Shown here in pieces: positions 8,892 to 15,629 of a DNA stretch of 18,393 bases (position 1 is its first letter; each line of letters opens with the position of its first letter). This DNA comes from Cyanobacteria bacterium J06626_4 (lineage in GTDB: Bacteria > Cyanobacteriota > Cyanobacteriia > Phormidesmidales > Phormidesmidaceae): assembly GCA_038523235.1 (NCBI GenBank), contig JBCBJQ010000115.1:1-18393 (forward strand), written 5' to 3'. The notes under the pieces are model-generated. The model did not search any database and had not been told where the DNA came from. It saw nothing but the letters and a program-made list of their open reading frames with translations. The position numbers and the translations under genes were made by a program.

Positions 8892-9383
8892 TTAGGCAAA
8901 GCCCAATTCGGTGAGGGCCTGGGGCTGCTGTTCTTGCAATAGATGCATCGCCTCTTGGGTTAACGGCCCCATGACGCCGTCGATCGCGCCGTGATAGATG
9001 CCCTGACGATGCAGATACGCCTGCAAGACTTTGGTGCGGCTTTGCAGGTCGCGCCAGAGGTTGCCAATGCGACCTTGGCCGATAGAGTTGCGAAACTTGT
9101 CTTGCTGAGTTTTGATGAAATCGTTGTCGATCAGGCCCAAATGGTGGGCCACCAGATGGTCACCTTCTTCTAACCAAAAATTCAACACGGGGTCATCGAT
9201 ACCCTGCTGCAAAATCTCGGCCATGCGGTTTTGCTGTGCTTCACTCAGCGCTGGTTGGAGCGCGAGCAAGCAATATTCCAAAATCATCGCCTGATAGCGG
9301 GGTGATTCACCCAGCAAATCTAACAGGGCGCTATCAGGCGGATTAATTTCCAGACTGTCTAGCTCTTGGTGGGTCATGTTCAT
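8892..9383 (-). CDS. small protein: unknown helical N-domain plus C-terminal peptidoglycan-binding (PG_binding_1-like) domain
   Basis: The C-terminus KVLQAYLHRQGIYHGAIDGVMGPLTQEAMHLLQ matches the PG_binding_1 pattern LQ..L...G.Y.G.iDG..G..T..A...Q. Start moved from the ORF-track 9437 to ATG 9383 (163 aa) because it follows GAGGAGAATAAGGATA. ATG 9377 is an alternative. Confidence 0.78.
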   Translation of the reverse strand: MNMTHQELDSLEINPPDSALLDLLGESPRYQAMILEYCLLALQPALSEAQQNRMAEILQQGIDDPVLNFWLEEGDHLVAHHLGLIDNDFIKTQQDKFRNSIGQGRIGNLWRDLQSRTKVLQAYLHRQGIYHGAIDGVMGPLTQEAMHLLQEQQPQALTELGFA

Positions 9384-9447
9384 TATCCTTATTCTCCTCA
9401 GTGCGTTCCCATGATTCACGTTGCAACGGCACAACATGCTGTGTAGT

Positions 9448-9583
9448 TGTGACGCTCACCAACGGTCTGTGACAGGGCAATCATCTCAAAGTCACAAAAA
9501 ATTCACGTAACGTTCGGCAATTTGAGTGTGATCGGGTGTTTGTAGAGTTAACGCGTAATTGCGCCGCCTGATGTCACAAAAAT
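9448..9583. promoter_or_regulatory. divergent promoter region with four GTCACA motifs (two per strand, facing outward)
   Basis: TGTGAC at 9448-9453 and 9468-9473 (GTCACA on the minus strand, facing the PG-binding gene). GTCACAAAAA at 9491-9500 and 9573-9582 (plus strand, facing the sigma gene). Confidence 0.5.
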
Positions 9584-9628
9584 CCATCAAGTGCCACTGA
9601 TTAGTAAGCATTAACATCGGAGAGGAAA

Positions 9629-10249
9629 ATGGCCAACTTTCACGGCGATCGCGAGCCTCCATTTCCCGAATTTGTTGAACCTCAGGACTGTTTTGACGAA
9701 GCCCTCGAAGAGATTTTAGGGCCAGACAACCCGACTGCTTATTCTGTCTTCACCGCGATGGAGCGCATAGTCAGACAGTTCAAGCTTGATACTGAAGCCC
9801 ACGGTCTACTGTTTGACGCCTACCTTCGTGGTAAAAAGGCGCTGCAGCAAGGCAAAACCATTCACAATCCCAAGGCTTGGCTCAAGGGCACTGCCTTTAA
9901 CTTAGCGCGCGAAAAGTATCGCAAACGTCAAAAAATCTGCACTTATGCCCCCGATCTAATGGATGCGCTGTTTGCCGACGAAGGTGATAGCCCCATGGAC
10001 TACGCCATCTTGGATGAAGAACTCCGAGCCGTTGTGCGGGCAGTCTGCCGTCTCCAAATCGAACACCCAGACGTTTTTCAACTGATTCATCAAAAAGTGG
10101 TGGAAGGGCTCTCGTGGCGAGAAATTCAAGAATGCTATGTGCAGGAAAGCGGTCGGGATGATATCAACGAAGCGGCTTTACGTCAGCGGTTTTCGCGCGG
10201 TCGCCGCTATCTGCGCAAAATTTTCCATGAAGTGATGACGGCTCAGTAG
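9629..10249 (+). CDS. sigma-70 family RNA polymerase sigma factor, ECF-like (regions 2 and 4 only)
   Basis: 206 aa, RBS GGAGAGG before the ATG. Region-2-like DAYLRG...NPKAWLKGTAFNLAREKYRK and region-4 HTH-like VVEGLSWREI...EAALRQRFSRGRRYLRKIF. Confidence 0.85.
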   Translation: MANFHGDREPPFPEFVEPQDCFDEALEEILGPDNPTAYSVFTAMERIVRQFKLDTEAHGLLFDAYLRGKKALQQGKTIHNPKAWLKGTAFNLAREKYRKRQKICTYAPDLMDALFADEGDSPMDYAILDEELRAVVRAVCRLQIEHPDVFQLIHQKVVEGLSWREIQECYVQESGRDDINEAALRQRFSRGRRYLRKIFHEVMTAQ

Positions 10250-10265
10250 CAGGGGGCGATCGCCA

Positions 10266-10387
10266 CAACTGCCGTGGACCCAAGCACAGATAGCAGTTGA
10301 GCGGTAGCGGGCTGATCTGAATAGCAGCGGGCCGAGCGATTAGCGGCCCGGCTGCGAGAGTTGGGGGTTGATCCCGAAGGTCTCTAA
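10266..10387 (+). pseudogene. degenerate 3' remnant of a Uma2/DUF820-type endonuclease gene (coiled-coil tail)
   Basis: Translates as QLPWTQAQIAVER*RAD(frameshift)E*QRAERLAARLRELGVDPEGL*, ending at TAA 10385-10387. This is the characteristic tail of cyanobacterial Uma2-family proteins. It carries two TAG stops where Gln (CAG) is expected and one frameshift, and has no 5' part. Confidence 0.72.
10324..10355. terminator. GC-rich hairpin between the convergent sigma and cNMP genes
   Basis: GCAGCGGGCCG (10324-10334) pairs with CGGCCCGGCTGC (10344-10355) with one bulge. It lies inside the pseudogene remnant and has no U-tract. Confidence 0.3.
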
Positions 10388-10446
10388 CAGCTGCCTGGCG
10401 GGTTTAACTGGCTAGTGCAGCTGTCGGTTGATTTATTCACTCGGTT

Positions 10447-10815
10447 TCAAATGGCGTGCTTAAAGCGCTGCAGCCGATCAGAATAGCTGCGCATCACGTC
10501 GATCGCAAATGTCGGCGTGTTTTCAATCAAAAACTTGAAGCGCTCTTCGTTAAGTACGGCCAGTTCGCAGTCGGACTGAGCGATCGCAGTTGACCGACGC
10601 CGCTTATCAGGATGCACCAAAGCCCCTTCGCCAAACACATCTCCCGCTTCAATCGTCTCGACCGTTTCCCCTTCCACCTGCATTGCCACGGTGCCAGAGA
10701 TGATGCCATACATGGCAGTACCGGCATCGCCGGCTTCAAAGATAATGTCTCCGGCTTTAAGGGTCTGATTTTCAGAAATTTTAGAAAAGAGTTCGATCGT
10801 ATATTCAGCGCTCAT
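10447..10815 (-). CDS. stand-alone cyclic nucleotide-binding domain protein (no HTH)
   Basis: GDIIFEAGDAGTAMYGIISGTV...GDVFGEGALV...RRSTAIAQSDCEL forms a cNMP beta-barrel with a phosphate-binding cassette. ATG 10815 (122 aa) is preferred over GTG 10827. Confidence 0.9.
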   Translation of the reverse strand: MSAEYTIELFSKISENQTLKAGDIIFEAGDAGTAMYGIISGTVAMQVEGETVETIEAGDVFGEGALVHPDKRRRSTAIAQSDCELAVLNEERFKFLIENTPTFAIDVMRSYSDRLQRFKHAI

Positions 10816-11037
10816 TGCATCATCCACAGCAAAGTTTATTCCCCGATTGTGAAGGACACCCTGACGTCATTGCAACGGGTGGTGCGCCTTAATGGGTGAC
10901 TGCTGATTAGCCTGATCTGCCTGACTGAGCCAGCAGATTAGGGTTGGGTGGGGCGATCGCCAATTTTATCCCGATGCTCCAAAAATAACTACAGATTGCG
11001 CCCCATCACCCTTTCCCCCCTCATTCACGGTATTGCG

Positions 11038-12639
11038 CTAATCTCCAGAACTGGTCTGAGGCGGCATCATGCGAGCCATTTGCTCCCAGGCACCGTGACC
11101 AAATTCCTTCTCATATTCTCGACTGATCCAATCGCCCCGTTTACCCAGCCGTTTGGCGCTGCGATGCAGATATTCTAAAAACGCCTGCTTGTGCTCCCAA
11201 GTGGGTCGGCGACCAAAGATAGAGCCGAAGCACCAATCCACCTTTGCTGTTCTGCCGGTGTGTTCAAAAAAGTGGTGTTCCGCCAGCGTGACGGCATAGC
11301 CACTCTTGAAAATGCGGCGACGGTGACCGTGAAAAATTTCAATCAGTGTGGGAACATCGCGAATGGTGTGGGCTTGATCGCGAGAATAGATCTGTACCAT
11401 ATCTTCGAGATTTAAAGGCCGTTCTGAGACCCACTGGTGCTCGCATTCGGGGCAGCGCACGATGAAGCTCAGCACCATGCGCCCACAGTTGGGGCAGGCT
11501 TTCATCGGAGGCGGACTGCCGCCGCCACTACCCTCTTTGCGCATGGGTAGACGATACTCGTCAATATCTTCGGGAAAGCCCAGCCGCTCTAAATTACCGG
11601 CTTGGTCGAGAATGATGCCGCAGGCTTTGCCGGTTTGGGGCGAGATCCGCATCACCCGACCAATTTGTTGAATGTGCAGCGCACTGGACTGGGTAGGCCG
11701 CAGCAGCAGCCCGACTTCAACGCTAGGTTCATCAAAGCCGATGCTGATCACGTTGCAAGAGGTCAGCAATAAAATGCGTTCCTCGCGCAGGTCGGCATAC
11801 ATGCGTTGACGTTCTTTGATCGGGGTGCCTCCTTCCACCGTGTCAGCGGGGATGCCTGCCCGACGAAATTCTTCCGCGACGTGGCGGGCGTGTTCGATAT
11901 CCACGCAAAAAGCGATGGTGCGTTTGCCCAGGGTGAGACGCCGCCATTCGCGCACAATTTTGGAGACGAGTTCAGGGCGATCGCAGGCGTTTTTAAGCCC
12001 GGCCTCGTCATAGTCACCGCGCACTGTTTTCACGCCTTTGAGATCGGCAATGCCATCGGGCGGCATGCTGAAATATTTCATCTCTGACAGAAAGCCCATC
12101 GCCTGCAGCTCCGCTGGCGGCGGGGCTGAAACCAGGGTGTCCAAATGCTCGCCCAGCTGATCTTTACCCAAGCGCTCGGGCGTGGCGGTCATTGCCAGAT
12201 GCACCGCTTGGGGATGGGTTTTGTAAATGACGGATTTGCCGACGCGGCTAAACAGGGTGGTGTGGGCTTCGTCATAGAAAATCACGTCCGCTGGCCAGGT
12301 GCGCCACCATTTGCGCTGCGCCATGGTTTGCACGCTGGCAATCTGAATCGGTGCGGTGCGGTCTTCTTCCCAGCCGGCTTTGATGAAGCCGCAGTGTAGC
12401 CCAAACGCTTTCATCTTTTCGTAGGTTTGGCCCACCAGCACATCGAGATGCACCAAAAACATCAGCCGTTTACCGGCGGCTTCGGCATGGGCGCAAATTT
12501 GGCCGCTGATGATGGTTTTACCGGCTCCCGTGCCCGCGATGATAGCGATCTTGGTATGACCTTCGTTGATTTTGCGATACAGGTCGTTAATCAGTTCAAC
12601 CTGATAGGGACGCAGCTGCGGCATAGAAGGAGCAGACAT
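11038..12639 (-). CDS. SF2 DEAD/DEAH-box helicase (ResIII/RadD-YejH-like) with C-terminal Zn ribbon
   Basis: 533 aa. Q motif LRPYQ, Walker A GTGAGKT, DEAH, motif III TAT, motif V GFDEP, motif VI QQIGRVMR, and CPNC...CPEC. Confidence 0.9.
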   Translation of the reverse strand: MSAPSMPQLRPYQVELINDLYRKINEGHTKIAIIAGTGAGKTIISGQICAHAEAAGKRLMFLVHLDVLVGQTYEKMKAFGLHCGFIKAGWEEDRTAPIQIASVQTMAQRKWWRTWPADVIFYDEAHTTLFSRVGKSVIYKTHPQAVHLAMTATPERLGKDQLGEHLDTLVSAPPPAELQAMGFLSEMKYFSMPPDGIADLKGVKTVRGDYDEAGLKNACDRPELVSKIVREWRRLTLGKRTIAFCVDIEHARHVAEEFRRAGIPADTVEGGTPIKERQRMYADLREERILLLTSCNVISIGFDEPSVEVGLLLRPTQSSALHIQQIGRVMRISPQTGKACGIILDQAGNLERLGFPEDIDEYRLPMRKEGSGGGSPPPMKACPNCGRMVLSFIVRCPECEHQWVSERPLNLEDMVQIYSRDQAHTIRDVPTLIEIFHGHRRRIFKSGYAVTLAEHHFFEHTGRTAKVDWCFGSIFGRRPTWEHKQAFLEYLHRSAKRLGKRGDWISREYEKEFGHGAWEQMARMMPPQTSSGD

Positions 12640-12810
12640 AAAACGGGCGATCGCTCACAAATAACAGTCAATACCCTTTCGATAATACATCGGCACTATC
12701 CCTGCTGGCGGGCGAAGGGCGAGGGGGTAAGGGGGCAGATTTTCAGACTTTATTTCAGAATTTCAGAGCATCGACACAAGCATCGATGTCTCAAAACAGA
12801 ATCGCTAGGT

Positions 12811-12852
12811 GCTCCCCAGCTCCCCCAGCTCCCCGGCTGTTCTCCACCCTCT
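12811..12852 (-). repeat. short tandem repeat GCTCCCC(C)A x3 plus CTCCACCCTCT
   Basis: GCTCCCCAGCTCCCCCAGCTCCCC at 12811-12834 and CTCCACCCTCT at 12842-12852. These are reverse complements of motifs at 1350-1438. Confidence 0.55.
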
Positions 12853-12879
12853 CAAACTGAGCCTCAATCTCAGAACTGC

Positions 12880-14652
12880 CTACTCCGTCTCCACCTCTGT
12901 CTCCTTCTCTGCTTCGACCTCACCTGCCGGGGTCTCGTCTGCTTCTGGCTCTGGCTCTTCGGCGGCGGCCGGGGTGAGGCGAGCCACTCGTTCCTGAATG
13001 GCGAGATGAGAGGCAACCCCTTCATAGGCGTAGCGGTTAAAGCCGCCAACTTCGACGATTTGCTTGAGATAATCGACCCGCTCAGCTGGAGCCGGATGCG
13101 ATGCAAACCAAGACAGACCACCCGTGCCGCCGCTTTCTTCCTGCAGGGTAATCATGAGGTTGTGCAGACCGTCAGCGGCGTAGCCCCCGACTGAGAGCAG
13201 CTGCGTCCCTAAAATATCGGCCTGCCGCTCCATCTCGCGCGAGTAGCTGCTAAAGGCCAGACTGGCGGCAATGCCTCCCACCTGGGGCAGCGGAATGATG
13301 CCCGCCACGCTGCTGATTAGGTTGCCGTTAGTCGCCATTTGAAAACCATGAGAGAGGACGGCATGGGCGAGTTCGTGGGCCACGAGGCCCGCCAATTCCG
13401 CCTCTGACTGAGTTTTGAGGATGGCTCCCGAGTTGATGAAAATCTTGCCGCCGGGGAGGGCGAAGGCGTTCAGCTCAGGGTCTTCAATCACATAAAATTC
13501 ATAGTCAAATTCGTCGCGACCGGCGAGGCTCGCCAACTTTTGCCCCATGCCATCCAAATAGGCATTCACTTCTGCGTCCGTCATCATGGGGGCTTGGTCT
13601 TTGATTTGCGCTGCGGCACCAGCGCCAATGGCCGACTCGCCCTGCAGCAAAATCATGGCAGAGTTGAGAGCGGTGTAGGGGCCGATCAGACCACCGGTCA
13701 AGATCAGACCCGCCGCTCCAGTGACAATGTTGCCGATCAGGTTGCCGGTCAACTCTTCATTCATTGCTGCGCGAAACCGCTCCAAATTCTCTTGACTCAG
13801 GGTTTCCATACTGGCCTGCTCAGGATGCTCAGGATTGAGCAACACAAACTGTTTGGCGGTGATGGCGGCTTCAATCCACTGTTCCAAAGCCATCTGAGTT
13901 TTGGTGCGCGCCTGTAGTAGGTCGGGCTGGCTGGGATAAATTATCAGCGCCCGGTCGAGGAGCTCATCGGCTTCTGCGGCGCGATCGTTCGCAATCAGAT
14001 AATCCGCGTAAAACACTTGTGCCGGAATGAATTCGGGATACTCATCAACTAACAGCTCCAGTGGCACTAAAGTGCGGTGGGTCAGGCCTAATTCGTAGCC
14101 CGCTTGGGCTTCTCGCCAATAAACGGTGCCGCCTGGGGGTAAATCAGCTGGGTCGTAAATCGGCAGCGGTCGCAAGGTATCGGGATCGACTTGCCACAGG
14201 GCGTCTTTCACTTGGCGGTAGAGGGCCTCAGCGGCGTCGCGATCGCCTGCCAGGTAATACTCATCCGCCGCCATCAAAATCTGCTGTTGCTTAGTAATCT
14301 TGGGCGGTTCTGCGGTCTCCCCTAACGATTCGATTTCCGCGTCGTTCCATGCTTCATCATCTTCGGCAGGCAGGCTCTCAGCCGGGAGCCGGGGCTCAAA
14401 ATCCGGCAGGTCGAGGGTGTCTTCTGTTGGATCAGCTGTTGGATCAGCTTCGGGTGCGACGTCTTCGGCTGCTGGCCCGCTCAACTCATCAGCGGTATTG
14501 GGCTGAGGCTCAGCGGTGTCGGCCTGCGCTTGTGCGGTGGGCATCGGCTGAGCGGCTTGGACGGCTGATCGAGACAGCCCCCCGAGGTTTAGCCCAGCCG
14601 TGATCAAAAGCCCGACTAGGCTCCAAGCTAAGAAGCGTTTCCGAATCGTCAT
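12880..14652 (-). CDS. M48 family zinc metallopeptidase with signal peptide and TPR-like region
   Basis: 590 aa. N-terminal signal or anchor and an acidic linker. Motifs LNAFALPGGKIFINSG, EAELAGLVAHELAH (HEXXH), YSREMERQAD and WFASHP...ERV. AGGA lies upstream of the ATG. Confidence 0.92.
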   Translation of the reverse strand: MTIRKRFLAWSLVGLLITAGLNLGGLSRSAVQAAQPMPTAQAQADTAEPQPNTADELSGPAAEDVAPEADPTADPTEDTLDLPDFEPRLPAESLPAEDDEAWNDAEIESLGETAEPPKITKQQQILMAADEYYLAGDRDAAEALYRQVKDALWQVDPDTLRPLPIYDPADLPPGGTVYWREAQAGYELGLTHRTLVPLELLVDEYPEFIPAQVFYADYLIANDRAAEADELLDRALIIYPSQPDLLQARTKTQMALEQWIEAAITAKQFVLLNPEHPEQASMETLSQENLERFRAAMNEELTGNLIGNIVTGAAGLILTGGLIGPYTALNSAMILLQGESAIGAGAAAQIKDQAPMMTDAEVNAYLDGMGQKLASLAGRDEFDYEFYVIEDPELNAFALPGGKIFINSGAILKTQSEAELAGLVAHELAHAVLSHGFQMATNGNLISSVAGIIPLPQVGGIAASLAFSSYSREMERQADILGTQLLSVGGYAADGLHNLMITLQEESGGTGGLSWFASHPAPAERVDYLKQIVEVGGFNRYAYEGVASHLAIQERVARLTPAAAEEPEPEADETPAGEVEAEKETEVETE

Positions 14653-14747
14653 GCTGTTGTCCTGCGATGAGACCGCGTACCCATGCTGTGAGTGCTAATA
14701 TCGCCAATCTAGCAGCATCACTGAGTGGTCGATAGGCGACTATTAAA

Positions 14748-14772
14748 TTTTGATCGAGGGCGGTGATCAAAA
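14748..14772. promoter_or_regulatory. inverted repeat TTTTGATC-N9-GATCAAAA in the bioD-M48 intergenic region
   Basis: Perfect 8-bp arms at 14748-14755 and 14765-14772. Could be an operator or an RNA hairpin. Confidence 0.3.
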
Positions 14773-14916
14773 GTTCCTGTCTGCCGCAGCTATTCTGTGA
14801 GCTTGACGTTGGCTCGGCTGATTGTGGATGCAGCAGCAGTGGGGACACTCTCTGGTTGGTCACGCACCCTGCGGTGGGCTCAGATCTGCCACTCAGACAC
14901 CGTGAGCCGCAAGCGG

Positions 14917-15627
14917 CTAGCGATCGCCCACCTCACTGCCCCACAACCCTTCTAGGGAAAGCTGTGCGGCGGCTTGGGCTAGGGCGGCTAAATCATGGGT
15001 CTCGTGGAGGTAGGGTAGGGTGCCTAACACCGGTAACTGAGTCAGGCGCTCGATCAGCGCCACGGGGGCCCAGTCGGCCTGCTGTTCTGGTGTGAGCGGT
15101 GCGGCACAGTTGAGAATCAGGCCCCGAATGGTGAGCTGATGCTGGCGCGCCAGGGCGGTGTTCGCGACGGCTTGAGCGATCGCGCCCAGTTTCACGGGCA
15201 CCACGAGCACAATGGGCAGTCGCCAGGCGGCCGCCACGTCAGCGACAGTCCATTCCTCGGTGACGGGTGAGCCCAACCCCCCCAGCGCTTCGATCAGCAC
15301 AAAATCCCGCTCTGTGAGGAGCTGGCTGAGGGTTTGCCACACGAGCCCCAAATCCACTGTTTTGCCCTCTTGGGCGGCGGCGAGTGGGGGGGCAAGGGGA
15401 GCGGCGAACCGCTGGGGGGCGATCGTCTCCGGCGGCTGGTCTAGATCGAATAGCTGGGTGTAGGTCTCAAAATCACCGATGCCAGACTGCACGGGTTTTA
15501 TCAGCCCCAAGGCCGACTTCGGCAAGTGTTGCCGCCAATAAGCGGTCAAAGCGGTGGTGACGATAGTTTTGCCGACTTCGGTATCGGTGCCGGTAATCAG
15601 CAACCCGTTGGCGATCGCACTGCCCAT
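14917..15627 (-). CDS. bioD: dethiobiotin synthase
   Basis: 236 aa with LITGTDTEVGKT (P-loop), KPVQSG, APLAP.LAA, IEALGGLGSP, LG.I and GLILN. Confidence 0.95.
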   Translation of the reverse strand: MGSAIANGLLITGTDTEVGKTIVTTALTAYWRQHLPKSALGLIKPVQSGIGDFETYTQLFDLDQPPETIAPQRFAAPLAPPLAAAQEGKTVDLGLVWQTLSQLLTERDFVLIEALGGLGSPVTEEWTVADVAAAWRLPIVLVVPVKLGAIAQAVANTALARQHQLTIRGLILNCAAPLTPEQQADWAPVALIERLTQLPVLGTLPYLHETHDLAALAQAAAQLSLEGLWGSEVGDR

Positions 15628-15629
15628 AG

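Noticed and set aside
9384..9437. N-terminal extension MLCRCNVNHGNALRRIRI of the PG-binding ORF
   Set aside because: It overlaps a strong RBS (GAGGAG/AAGGA) positioned for ATG 9383/9377, so it is probably untranslated leader.
9448..9578. CRP/SyCRP1 site suggested by TGTGA and TCACA half-sites and the nearby cNMP protein
   Set aside because: No pair has the required TGTGA-N6-TCACA spacing, and the cNMP protein lacks a DNA-binding HTH.
11038..12639. Type I/III restriction-modification system or prophage
   Set aside because: There is no methyltransferase, specificity subunit, nuclease domain, integrase or structural gene in the window.
14424..14447. 12-bp tandem duplication CTGTTGGATCAG x2 in the M48 gene
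   Set aside because: It is an in-frame slippage duplication (ADPT-ADPT) in a disordered acidic linker, which is ordinary.
14653..14916. Riboswitch or ncRNA between bioD and M48
   Set aside because: Only small hairpins are visible (14748-14772, 14905-14918), with no recognisable aptamer consensus. An Infernal/Rfam scan would settle it.
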